From: Acidimicrobiales bacterium
GTDB taxonomy: Bacteria; Actinomycetota; Acidimicrobiia; Acidimicrobiales; CADCTF01
Assembly (NCBI GenBank): GCA_035540495.1
Contig: DATLGL010000004.1
Location: 568-64,567 of the forward strand
Length of the DNA stretch: 64,000 nucleotides
Direction: 5' to 3'
Under the pieces are notes generated by a model. That model saw nothing but the letters and a program-made list of their open reading frames with translations. It was not told the DNA's origin and searched no databases. Made by a program: the position numbers and the translations under genes. Position 1 is the stretch's first letter. The number at the start of each line of letters is the position of its first letter. Shown piece after piece: positions 36,005 through 45,766 of the stretch.

Positions 36005-38464
36005 GTGTTGTCGATCGGAAAGCTCGGCGTTGGCCAGCAGCAGTACTACCTCGACGCTGTCGCCAAAGGCGCAGAGGACTACTACACCAACAGCGGCGAA
36101 GCCCCCGGCGCCTGGGTCGGCGCGGCCGCCGCCGAACTCGGCCTCGGCGGGACGGTGCATGACGTCGACCTCCACGCCGTCCTCTCAGGCCTCCACCCGC
36201 AAACGCTGGTCGGGCTCGTGCGCGCCAACCAGAAGGTGCCGGGCTTCGATCTGACCTTCTCCGCGCCGAAGAGCGTCTCGTTGCTCTGGGCGCTCACTCC
36301 CGATCGCGACGTCGCCCGAGTGGTGATGGCGGCGCACGACACCGCGGTGCGCGCCGCGGTCGGCTGGCTGGAGCGGCAGGCGACCTTCGTGCGCCGCGGC
36401 CGCAACGGCGTCCACCAGCTCGACGGCAGCGGCCTCGTCGCCGCAGCGTTCCGCCACCGACTCTCCCGGGCCGGCGACCCCCAGCTTCACACCCACGTCG
36501 TGGCCGCCAACATGACCCGAGGCGCCGACGGCAAGTGGTCAGCCCTTGACGCCCGCCACCTCTACTGGCAAGCCCGCACTGCGGGCGCCCTGTACCGTAG
36601 CGAGCTCCGCCGCCAGCTCTCGCAGGAACTCGGCGTCGCCTGGACGACCGCCGATGACCGCGGGTTCCACGAGATCGAAGGCATCACCGCCGCCCAGCGC
36701 CGCGAGTTCTCCCGCCGGCGGCAAGACATCGAACAGGTCCTCGCCGAACGCGGTATCGGCGGCGCCGAAGCCGCCCGCGTCGCCACCCTGCACTCCCGCC
36801 AAGCCAAGGACTACACCGTTAACGCGGACAACCTCCGCAGCGACTGGCAACAGCGAGCAACAAGCGTCGGCCTCACGGACGACAAGCTCCGCTCGCTTAC
36901 CACCAGGGACAACGCCGCCAGCCCCGTCGCGTCTCCCGTGAACGCCGACGAGCTCGGGCGCGAACTCACCGAACACGACAGCACCTTCACCCGAAGCGAC
37001 GTCCTCCAGGCCCTCGCCGCCCGACACACGGCTGGCGCAACGATCGACGCCCTCAACCGCGAAGCCGACGCCTTCCTGCGCGAGGCGCTCGTCGTGCGCC
37101 TCGCCGCCGACGCACGCGGCCCGCGGTACTCGACGAGAGAGCAGCTGGACCTCGAGAAGCACGTCCTCGAACTCGCAGAAGCCGGTAAGCACCGCCGAGT
37201 CGCCGTCGTCGACAAGGCCACCGCCGACGACGCCACGCGCAGACGGTCGCTGAGCCGCGAGCAGCAGCGCATGGTCGATCACCTCGTCACGAGCGGCAAC
37301 GCCGTCGACGTCGTCGTCGGCGTCGCCGGCAGCGGCAAGACAACGGCACTCGCAGCCGCGCACGACGCGTGGCGATCGAACAACATCCCCGTCGTCGGGG
37401 CAGCGCTCGCCGCCCGCGCCGCCGCCGAGCTCCAAGCCGGCAGCGGCATCCCATCCACCACCCTCGCAAGCCTCCTCATCGCACTGGAAGGGCCGATCAA
37501 CCGGCTACCAGCAGGCGGCGTTCTCGTCATCGACGAGGCGGGCATGGTCGGCACCAGAGACATCGCCCGCGTCCTCGACCTTGCCCACCGCGACGCGGCC
37601 AAGGTCGTCCTCGTCGGTGACCACCGGCAGCTTCCGGAGATAGAAGCCGGCGGAGCGTTCGCTGCACTCGCACAGCGCCTCGACGCCGTCGCGCTCAAAG
37701 AGAACCGACGACAACGCTCGCGGCACCATCGAGCGACGCTTCGGCACCTCCGCCACGGCAACGCAGCGACCGCGCTGAACCAACTTCGTGAGCGAGGTGA
37801 CCTCGTCACGACCGAGACCCGTAGCGAGCTGCTCGACCGGATGATCGAGGACTGGAAGCACGCGCGGGCTCTAGGTGGGGACGTCCTGATGCTCGCAGCT
37901 CGGCGCAGCGTCGTAGCTGAGCTCAACGAGCGCGCCCGGCGGTACCGGCGCGAAGCCGGGGAAATCGGCCCCGACGCCGTCGTCGTCGACGGACGTGCGT
38001 TCGCTGTCGGCGACCGGGTGATCGCGCACCGAAACCTTCGAAGCAGCGGACTCATGAACGGGTCCCAGGGCACCGTGAACGCAAGCGTGGACGGCACCGT
38101 GAGCGTCGCGCTCGATGACGGAAGAACGGTTGTTGTTCCTCGCCGGTACCTGGACGCCGGGCACTTGACTCACGGATACGCGGCGACAATCCACAAGGCT
38201 CAAGGCTCGACCGTCGACCACGCTCTCGTCCTAGCGGACCTAGTGCTGGCGCGAGAGGGCGCGTACGTCGGTCTGTCTCGCGGCAAGCAGACGAACCGCC
38301 TGTACGCAACGGTGGTCGACGTCGCTGACGACACCGCTCTCGAGGTGGCGCACACGCGCAACACGTGGAACCTGCTCACCAGGCTGAGCCGGAGCGCAGC
38401 GAAGCACCTCGCCTCGGAACTGTCAGCGCGACGCGAGCAAGCGCCCCGCGGAGTCCGCGTCTAG
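36005..38464 (+). CDS. MobF (TrwC/TraA-type) relaxase with RecD-like helicase domain
   Basis: MLSIGK...YY..DYY, FDLTFSAPKSVS, HRLSRAGDPQLHTH, EFSRRR, GVAGSGKT, IDEAGM, HKAQGST. Confidence 0.96.
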   Translation: MLSIGKLGVGQQQYYLDAVAKGAEDYYTNSGEAPGAWVGAAAAELGLGGTVHDVDLHAVLSGLHPQTLVGLVRANQKVPGFDLTFSAPKSVSLLWALTPDRDVARVVMAAHDTAVRAAVGWLERQATFVRRGRNGVHQLDGSGLVAAAFRHRLSRAGDPQLHTHVVAANMTRGADGKWSALDARHLYWQARTAGALYRSELRRQLSQELGVAWTTADDRGFHEIEGITAAQRREFSRRRQDIEQVLAERGIGGAEAARVATLHSRQAKDYTVNADNLRSDWQQRATSVGLTDDKLRSLTTRDNAASPVASPVNADELGRELTEHDSTFTRSDVLQALAARHTAGATIDALNREADAFLREALVVRLAADARGPRYSTREQLDLEKHVLELAEAGKHRRVAVVDKATADDATRRRSLSREQQRMVDHLVTSGNAVDVVVGVAGSGKTTALAAAHDAWRSNNIPVVGAALAARAAAELQAGSGIPSTTLASLLIALEGPINRLPAGGVLVIDEAGMVGTRDIARVLDLAHRDAAKVVLVGDHRQLPEIEAGGAFAALAQRLDAVALKENRRQRSRHHRATLRHLRHGNAATALNQLRERGDLVTTETRSELLDRMIEDWKHARALGGDVLMLAARRSVVAELNERARRYRREAGEIGPDAVVVDGRAFAVGDRVIAHRNLRSSGLMNGSQGTVNASVDGTVSVALDDGRTVVVPRRYLDAGHLTHGYAATIHKAQGSTVDHALVLADLVLAREGAYVGLSRGKQTNRLYATVVDVADDTALEVAHTRNTWNLLTRLSRSAAKHLASELSARREQAPRGVRV

Positions 38465-38775
38465 AGGTGGAACGGTTGTGGGCTTGCACGGCACTTGCCG
38501 CCGGGACCACCCGTGCTGGTCATGGGCGTCGCACCGACGCGAGGGGAGGCTGCTCGAGCGCGGCGCGAGGGTGACGGCGTGCAGCGCGATAGGGGACCGG
38601 CGCGACGCGCATCTGCGTGATTCCCCCTCGGACGATTTCATCATCGAGGCTCGGCAGCTGCGCGGGTGCCTCGCCAGCTGTAGTCCCGGGTTTTCTACGA
38701 CGCCTCGGAAATGCGACCAAGCCGGAAAGGGCCTGACGAGCCAACTAGTGCGACGAGGTCCAAGGTGACGGCGCT

Positions 38776-41271
38776 CTACTTTGCGCTCTCGTAAAGATCC
38801 TCAAGTTCGGCCTTCGTGGAGATCCTGACCGCTCTCTGACGGTTGCGCTCGTCGGAGAGGTTGATCCGCTTGATGCGGTCGCCCTTGACCATGACGAGTT
38901 CGATGCGTCCGAACGATGCGGAATGCTTCATGGCGAATTCCGCGAGACCAGCAGCTTTCGGCGGTGCATCAGCCAAGTCGATCCGATGTGGGTCAACGAT
39001 GTCCACCACGAGGTCTGCCCCACTCTTTCGGATGATCAGGAAGTCTGGGTACAGCGACTTCCAGGCCCCTTCCATCTTGTAGGGGATGCGGAGCGACCAA
39101 GCCTGACGGTCTCGGTTCCTCAACCACCCCACGGTGTCCCGGCGAGCAAGCACCTCCTCGAGGACTGTCGTCTCCCAACTCGATTTGAAGTTCATGGGCA
39201 ACTCGCCGGCATCGTTCACATAGAGGTGGCGCGCCCAGCCTCGGTCCGCTGAGCGGACCTCAACCGAGGCTGGGTACGAGAGACCACTCAATTCAGGATC
39301 AGATGCCATCGCCCGCACCTCGTCGTACAGGTCGCGTTGCGCGTCGCTCAGTTTGCGAATCCTCGTGTTGTACCGGTCGAGGAGGTACTGGACGCGCGCC
39401 TGCGCCACGTTCCGCACCTCGTCGATGAACCCGGTCGTCGAGACGAGAGCGAATAGCTCGAGCTTTGACTGCACCTTGCGCGACGAGTCCTTGACAACGA
39501 CGGCGCGCCACCACTCCTTGTGCAGTCCCTCGCCAAGGCGCCGTCCCGCCCACGCGAAGAGGTCGTCGATGTTCTCGTCGGTCACATCGACAGTGGACAC
39601 TCCGTCCTCATCGTCATCGCGCAGCTCGCCGAGAACATCCCAGACGACACCGCGGAGCTCGACCTTGCGCCGATCGTCAACTACCGACTTGAAGTCAGGT
39701 CGCCGCCGAGCCTTTGCCAGGGCGGAGTCGATCGTCTTGAGAATAAGAGCAGTCGACTCGTCTGGCGCGTCCTCGTCCAGACCGTCGTTCGAGAGGAGAC
39801 GCGAAAGCTTGAACAACCTGCGAACAGGGTTCGCCGGTCTCGACGACGGGACGATGTAGGACGGGAGTGACTCCAGCGCAGCAAACATCCGGTCCGACCG
39901 AGGAGCTCGTGCCAGTTGGACGAAGTCGTCCTCCTCGATCTCTACGGGACCGACAGACGAATCTGAGTCCGGATCCGTCAGCTCTTTCACGACGGCCGCA
40001 AGCTGCTTACGGTCGTAGTGAGGCAGGAAGAGGTGCACGCCGTTGAGGAAGTCGTCTCCTTCAACCTGGCGAGCAAGGGGTGCCCTTACCATTCGTCCGA
40101 CCAGCTGCGCGATCGCAGTCGAGTCGAGCGCCGTTCGAAACGACATCATCACTTCTGCGCGCGGGCAGTCCCAGCCGGTGTTTAGGCCCGTCTTGAAGAA
40201 CACGACGCGCACATCGGGATCTGCATCGATGTCCGGAGGAGCGATATACCTGACGGAATAGCCGCCGACATCGATGGAGCGGCCCTCCTGGAACGAGTGT
40301 GCGACGGCGAGCGGACTGAGCGGTCCGATCACGTCGTTGATCTTGGACAAGGCGTGCCCGAGGTCACTGTTAGAGATCCGCCGGCCTGAACCATCCTGCA
40401 CCTGGACAACGAGGACCGGATCCACGACCCGGTCGCTGGTGCCGGAGCAGTACTTCTGCCAGCGTTCCGTGTACTCGTTAAGCCTGCGTGCCGCTTCCCC
40501 AAGGAGCGTGAAGTCCGAGGCATTCGCGCGTCGAGGGTGCTTGATCTTGATCCGATGCTTCAGGAGTCCGGAAGTCCGCACCGCGTCGACTGGCACGAGC
40601 ACCTGACGAAAGGTGCGTGTCGTTCCTTGGACCACGCTATGAAATCGCTCCGGCGTGGCGGATATACCAACAACGACGGGGACTGGTGGGAGTTCACCCT
40701 CAGAGCCTTTGATGAACTTCTGAATGATGCTGTTCGCCTCGCTGCGTGCACGTGGGTTCTCGGTCATGCCCCGATGCGCTTCGTCGACGACCACGAAGAA
40801 CCTGCCGCGCTGGCGTTCGGATGTCGCGGCAACCACGTCCCAGAAGGTCCGCACACGGCCATCGCCTCGCTTAACGAGGTCTCGATCCCTCGCGAGCTTT
40901 TGCGTGTTGATGAAGTACACACGGCCGCTCTGGAGCTCGTCGTGGCCGAGCTCAGATCCACCCACCACTACCAGTCGCGACTCATCGAGAAGCGACGAGG
41001 TCTCATTCATCTTGCGGCGCGTCTGCGTATTCAGTTCCGGCTGGTCACTGATCCACAGGAACGTGGCGTCCGGGATCCCGCCATGGTCGGCGTCGCCGGT
41101 GAGCAGGTCCTCAATCGCAGCTGTGACCATCGCTGTCTTCCCGGAGCCGGTCGCCGAGACGAGTGAGACCGCCTGCAGGTCGCCCGATCGAGACTCACGA
41201 GCGGCGGAACGGAGCTTCTTAACGAGGTCCGATGCGTACGTCTGCTGGAAGTCCTTGAGAACGATCTTCAC
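38776..41271 (-). CDS. Type III restriction-like SF2 helicase-nuclease (Res)
   Basis: SATGSGKT, VDEAH, SATP, GWDCPRAEV, QLVGRMVR; C-terminal YPDFL...VDIVDPH; GTG overlaps the mod TGA. Confidence 0.85.
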   Translation of the reverse strand: MKIVLKDFQQTYASDLVKKLRSAARESRSGDLQAVSLVSATGSGKTAMVTAAIEDLLTGDADHGGIPDATFLWISDQPELNTQTRRKMNETSSLLDESRLVVVGGSELGHDELQSGRVYFINTQKLARDRDLVKRGDGRVRTFWDVVAATSERQRGRFFVVVDEAHRGMTENPRARSEANSIIQKFIKGSEGELPPVPVVVGISATPERFHSVVQGTTRTFRQVLVPVDAVRTSGLLKHRIKIKHPRRANASDFTLLGEAARRLNEYTERWQKYCSGTSDRVVDPVLVVQVQDGSGRRISNSDLGHALSKINDVIGPLSPLAVAHSFQEGRSIDVGGYSVRYIAPPDIDADPDVRVVFFKTGLNTGWDCPRAEVMMSFRTALDSTAIAQLVGRMVRAPLARQVEGDDFLNGVHLFLPHYDRKQLAAVVKELTDPDSDSSVGPVEIEEDDFVQLARAPRSDRMFAALESLPSYIVPSSRPANPVRRLFKLSRLLSNDGLDEDAPDESTALILKTIDSALAKARRRPDFKSVVDDRRKVELRGVVWDVLGELRDDDEDGVSTVDVTDENIDDLFAWAGRRLGEGLHKEWWRAVVVKDSSRKVQSKLELFALVSTTGFIDEVRNVAQARVQYLLDRYNTRIRKLSDAQRDLYDEVRAMASDPELSGLSYPASVEVRSADRGWARHLYVNDAGELPMNFKSSWETTVLEEVLARRDTVGWLRNRDRQAWSLRIPYKMEGAWKSLYPDFLIIRKSGADLVVDIVDPHRIDLADAPPKAAGLAEFAMKHSASFGRIELVMVKGDRIKRINLSDERNRQRAVRISTKAELEDLYESAK

Positions 41272-43499
41272 GCGATTAGCTCCGGTCGAAACCGTTCGAG
41301 ATAGTCGGCATACAACCGCCCGACTTGAAGATGCGCTGGCAAGGCCTCCGTCATTTCCGCGAGCGCTTCCTCGGATTCAGTCACTAGCCACACGTGTGTG
41401 ACATCAGTTCGCTTCTCGAGTTCCGCTGCGAAGCGGCGGAAGCGTGATGCCCTCAGCAGTACGGCGAACGGGCAGTCCGGCGGCATAACCCAGTGCTCAC
41501 CCTCGACCGAGTGTGGCACCGGACCGATTGCGCCAGACGCAAGCCACAGTGTGGGCAAGAGCCGCGGTAGATCTAGTCCCAGTTCGACGTCGTCCCGGTC
41601 GAGGTACTCCAACGCAAAGAACTCGACGTTCGCCTCGAAACCCTCCGCGTATGGTCGATTCGCCGCCCAGCTGTGCTTTCCTCGTACCGGAAGGCCGTCC
41701 GGGCGGCGCCCGGAAACGACGGCTTTCGCACGGGGCAGAGTGACTGACTCGAAGATGCCGTGCGCTTCGAACTCAGCGTCGCCGGGGAAGTGCCCTTCCT
41801 TCGCGAGACGCTGCGCTGTCTTCTGATCAACCTCGTTGTTCGTGACGACTATGCAACGACGAGTCCCCTCGTCCATTGCGTTCAATAGCAAGGTCGCGTG
41901 CAGAGTCGTACCCGACCCGCCGAAGAAGTCCAGGATGACTGCATCCGTGCGCCGACCGACGACAGTCGCAAGCGTGTCACGGACCGCATACACGGACTTC
42001 GGGAAAGGAAACGCGCCTGACCTTCCGAGAAACGCCTTTAGCACGAGAGTGCCATTCGACCCGGCGTCGTATGACGGATGCCACCAAATCGTACGCTCCC
42101 GAAATCGCTCCTTGGTTCGGCGAACGCGGTAGGCGTTGATCGGGTACGTCCCACGCTGTCGGTTGTACCTGCCAACCTTGACGTGTCCAGCCGCGATGGC
42201 TCGGTTCATCCGCCCGGGTTCCCAGCACCACACGCGATGTTCGCCCTCTTGGTCGATCGGCCATACGGGAACCAGGCCCTCGACTGAATCGAAGTCCGGC
42301 TCCAGGAAGTTGCCGTCTGCATCCCGGCCCAGCACTTCTCCGGCCCGGACCGGAACGTGCTTCTTCGGGTCTATGAAGATCGGATAGAACTGGCGTTCCC
42401 TCTGATGGCGGAAGCTGGTCGCTTGTCCTGTCCGTTGTGCGCCGCGCCAGTAGCCGTTCGAGTCGACAGGAGTGCTCCCCGCCTCGTCTTCTTGTTCCTC
42501 GTCGTCATCCTCATCGTCGTCAACGTCGTCCGTGGCTTCTACACCCAGGGCTGCAAGGTCCGCGCCGGTGAGGTCAACCCCCGCCGCCTCGAGGCGCTCC
42601 ACGATGTCGGGAACGGCACGCACGACGTCCGCGAGCAGCGGATGGGCGGAGCTTTGGGGCCGCAGGTGGTCGAAGTAAAGCTCCCGTGCCTCCACAAGGT
42701 CGTGACCATCTGGCACCACGAAGAGTGCATGCTCTTCGATGACACCGAAGTTGCCAGACTTCCCAGTGCTGCCGCGTGAATTGATCACAATCGAAACGAG
42801 GTAACGGTTGTACTCGGCGAACAAGTGAGGCCGTTCGAGCAGCATCCCGAGATGATGAAGCTCATGCTCGTCGATGGTGATGATCAATACGCCGTCAGGC
42901 TTGAGCAGCTGCTTAGCAAGGCGCAGCCTCTTCTCCATGAAGCTGAGCCATTTACTATGCCGCCACGTGTCGTTGTCGTCGACGAACCGGTTGTTGTACT
43001 TCCACGCTCCATCACCACCGACGTTGTACGGCGGATCGATGTAGATACAGTCAACCGACCCCCGTAGTCCGAATAGCATCAGTTGTAGAGCGTGGAAGTT
43101 CTCGCCGTCGATGACCACATGCGATGGTGCATCGCTGGGTCCTTTTCTGAGTGAATCGCGCTGCTGTAACGCCGGAAACATCGGCTCGCCCATACGTTTC
43201 AGCACCAACAGGTCGCTAATCAGAGCTTCGCTCTCGGTGTGGTCGTCGAGGTCTCGGAGCTTCGCTGACTTCCCTCGCAGGGCTTCGACACGGAACAGCC
43301 GGGCGGACTCATGATGCCGAATCGTGACGATCGAACCCGGCACAGCCGGCAGGCCGACGAGGGCAGCCATCTCGGGGATGTGTTCCTCGAACACGAGCCC
43401 GAAAGGCACCCGGCGTTTGAGTTCGGCCACCGCCGCAGCGAGTTCGGATCGGAGAGCGCCGTCAGCAATCTTCGAAATCAGATCTTCGACCCTGGCCAT
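41268..43499 (-). CDS. Type III-like adenine DNA methyltransferase (Mod, beta class)
   Basis: IDGENFHAL, YIDPPYN, WLSFMEKRL, FPFPKS, ILDFFGGSGTT. Confidence 0.92.
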   Translation of the reverse strand: MARVEDLISKIADGALRSELAAAVAELKRRVPFGLVFEEHIPEMAALVGLPAVPGSIVTIRHHESARLFRVEALRGKSAKLRDLDDHTESEALISDLLVLKRMGEPMFPALQQRDSLRKGPSDAPSHVVIDGENFHALQLMLFGLRGSVDCIYIDPPYNVGGDGAWKYNNRFVDDNDTWRHSKWLSFMEKRLRLAKQLLKPDGVLIITIDEHELHHLGMLLERPHLFAEYNRYLVSIVINSRGSTGKSGNFGVIEEHALFVVPDGHDLVEARELYFDHLRPQSSAHPLLADVVRAVPDIVERLEAAGVDLTGADLAALGVEATDDVDDDEDDDEEQEDEAGSTPVDSNGYWRGAQRTGQATSFRHQRERQFYPIFIDPKKHVPVRAGEVLGRDADGNFLEPDFDSVEGLVPVWPIDQEGEHRVWCWEPGRMNRAIAAGHVKVGRYNRQRGTYPINAYRVRRTKERFRERTIWWHPSYDAGSNGTLVLKAFLGRSGAFPFPKSVYAVRDTLATVVGRRTDAVILDFFGGSGTTLHATLLLNAMDEGTRRCIVVTNNEVDQKTAQRLAKEGHFPGDAEFEAHGIFESVTLPRAKAVVSGRRPDGLPVRGKHSWAANRPYAEGFEANVEFFALEYLDRDDVELGLDLPRLLPTLWLASGAIGPVPHSVEGEHWVMPPDCPFAVLLRASRFRRFAAELEKRTDVTHVWLVTESEEALAEMTEALPAHLQVGRLYADYLERFRPELIA

Positions 43500-43824
43500 G
43501 CCTGGCAGCCCTCCGAGCGTTGCGGTGACGGTTCGAGCGTAAACAACCGGTCCGACAGAAATGCGCACGTGTGCCCGAGCCCGCTCGATGTACAGGTACT
43601 CCGGAGCGCCTGCCGCGCCGCCTAAGACGGCACGGGATATGTCGGTCGCGTGCCGGCGTGGGAGCGATCCGGGAGCAGGCGCGTCGACAACGGTGTAGTT
43701 GCCGGTTCAGCCGGAGGCGCCAGCCGCTGCATGTTGGATCCTCAGCAGCGCGGAATGTCGCGACTGCGGGGCGGCAGCGGGGATGTCAGCGACAGAGCGG
43801 TGGACCGCAAGCGCGGGCGCTAGC

Positions 43825-44908
43825 TGTACTCGGCCGGGACGTTGGTGACGGACGGGTCGTTGACCTGAGAGAAGACCTCCGGTGCAGTGGAGATAGCCGT
43901 CTTCACCACCCGGAGGTCTTCATGGGTCACCGTAACGCTCGTCTCACGTTTCATGGTCGGCTGCTGCTCGTGCAGCGGGTCCGACACCAGCACATGCCGG
44001 TCGCTCATGTCGCCAAAGCCATGGGTGTGTCACGACAATGCGCTCACCGTTGGCTGGCCCGCTTCGACACCGAAGGCGAAGCCGGCCTCCACGACCGCTC
44101 ATCGCGACCGCACCACACGCCGACCAAGACGCCGCGCCGAGTCGAGCGTCGAGTGCTGGCCGCTCGCCGCCAGCATCGCCGCGGCCAGGACTGGTTGGGC
44201 GCCGAGCTCGGCGCTGCACCCCGCACTGTGGGGCGGATCCTCCGTCGCCATGACGTGGCTCGCCTCGCAGCATGCGACCCCATGACCGGCGAGGTCATCC
44301 GCTCATCGAAGGCCACCGCGGTCCGCTACGAGCACGCCGAGCCCGGCGACCTCCTGCACATGGACGTCAAGAAGATCGGCCGCGTCCCCGACGGCGGCGG
44401 ATGGCGTGCCCATGGTCGCGAGATGGGATCGACGGCGGCCAAGAAGAGAACGAGGATCGGCTACGACTTCGTCCACTCCGTCGTCGACGACCACTCGAGG
44501 GTCGCCTACTCCGAGATCCTCGGCGACGAGACCGCAGCGACCACCGCTGCGTTCTTCCAGCGAGCCATCGCCGAACTCGCCGCCCTCGGCATCACCCGCA
44601 TCAAGGCCGTGATGACCGACAACGCCTGGAACTACACCCACAGCACAGTCTTCGCCGCGATCCTGCGGAATCTCGACGCCCGCCACGTGCTCATCAAGCC
44701 GCACTGCCCGTGGCAAAACGGCAAGGTCGAGCGATTCAACCGAACCCTTCAGACCGAGTGGGCCTACCGGCACGTGTTCCAGAGCAACGACGACCGCACC
44801 GCCGCCCTCGCACCCTGGCTCGACATCTACAACAATCACCGCCGCCACAGCGCACTCGGAGGCCTTCCCCCGATCAGCCGACTGTCACCAACCTGATGGC
44901 CGGGTACA
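43825..44908 (+). mobile_element. IS481-family insertion sequence
   Basis: 5'-TGT...ACA-3' ends; imperfect 25-bp IRs (TGTACTCGGCCGGGACGTTGGTGAC vs TGTACCCGGCCATCAGGTTGGTGAC); NCTAGN flanks. Confidence 0.9.
43922..44896 (+). CDS. IS481-family DDE transposase
   Basis: MGHRNARLT, HMDVKK, VDDHSR, MTDNA, PWQNGKVERFNRTL. Confidence 0.96.
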   Translation: MGHRNARLTFHGRLLLVQRVRHQHMPVAHVAKAMGVSRQCAHRWLARFDTEGEAGLHDRSSRPHHTPTKTPRRVERRVLAARRQHRRGQDWLGAELGAAPRTVGRILRRHDVARLAACDPMTGEVIRSSKATAVRYEHAEPGDLLHMDVKKIGRVPDGGGWRAHGREMGSTAAKKRTRIGYDFVHSVVDDHSRVAYSEILGDETAATTAAFFQRAIAELAALGITRIKAVMTDNAWNYTHSTVFAAILRNLDARHVLIKPHCPWQNGKVERFNRTLQTEWAYRHVFQSNDDRTAALAPWLDIYNNHRRHSALGGLPPISRLSPT

Positions 44909-45766
44909 ACTAGATCGGTCGCGCGGTACCGCAGCACCGGCGGTGAGGCCACGAGTGACAGTGGCCGTTGCTTCGCGCAGCGGCAGGCCTGGGTTGTTGG
45001 CTGCGGCGACGAGCGATTGGCGGGTCACGTCGTGATCGAGCTGTCCTGCGCCGACCAGCTGTCCGAGCTTGAACGCGGCGCGGACGAGCGTCGAGTTCCT
45101 AGTTCCGGGCTCGGAGGTCGCCACGAGTGCGAGCTCGCGCTCGAACGCTGTGCGCGCCCACGCGCTGCCCTCGCGCACCCCCGGATGCGACGACGTGATG
45201 TGAGTTGGGAGGGTTGGCCGGATCGCGTCAATGATCGAGCGCGGGAGTGGTGCGATCGACCGGACGTCGCCGATGCGGTAGGTGCGGCCACTCGCGTGGC
45301 TGGAGGGCGGCGCAACGATGTAGCCGCCGTCTCCTCGCACGTCGACTCCGGGCCCAAGAAGGCTGGCGCTGTTGCGGACTGGGTGGTCGGGATGGGTGAA
45401 GTAGAGGTGCCAGCCTCCACCGCCCGTGCGGATGACGCGTGTGTCGAGTACGGCAGGGTCTCGATCGGCGAGGTCGGCCAGCGCGTGGTGGCCGCGGTGC
45501 CGGATGTCGATGTCGAGGACGACGAGGTTGGATGCCATCCCGGTGCGGATGCCGATGTTCCCTTGCGGCCAGCGTGTCCACCATCGGCGGATCTGGTCGA
45601 TGTCGGTGGTTGCTTCGTGGAGACCGTGACGTACTCGCGGGTGTTTCGCAGGGCTGGAGCAGTCGGCGCGGCCGCAACTGCATCTCCCGGCTATCGCGGT
45701 GTGAAGAGGGAGAACGGCGCGGCCTTCAGCGGCGTAGCCGACGGCTGCCTCGAGAAGGTCGCTCAT
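44885..45766 (-). CDS. Bifunctional DNA primase/polymerase (Prim-Pol); the last codons run into IS481
   Basis: AKHP, WWTRWPQGNIGI, VLDID, TGGGGWHLYF, DVRGDGGYIVAPPS. Confidence 0.92.
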   Translation of the reverse strand: MSDLLEAAVGYAAEGRAVLPLHTAIAGRCSCGRADCSSPAKHPRVRHGLHEATTDIDQIRRWWTRWPQGNIGIRTGMASNLVVLDIDIRHRGHHALADLADRDPAVLDTRVIRTGGGGWHLYFTHPDHPVRNSASLLGPGVDVRGDGGYIVAPPSSHASGRTYRIGDVRSIAPLPRSIIDAIRPTLPTHITSSHPGVREGSAWARTAFERELALVATSEPGTRNSTLVRAAFKLGQLVGAGQLDHDVTRQSLVAAANNPGLPLREATATVTRGLTAGAAVPRDRSSCTRPSGW

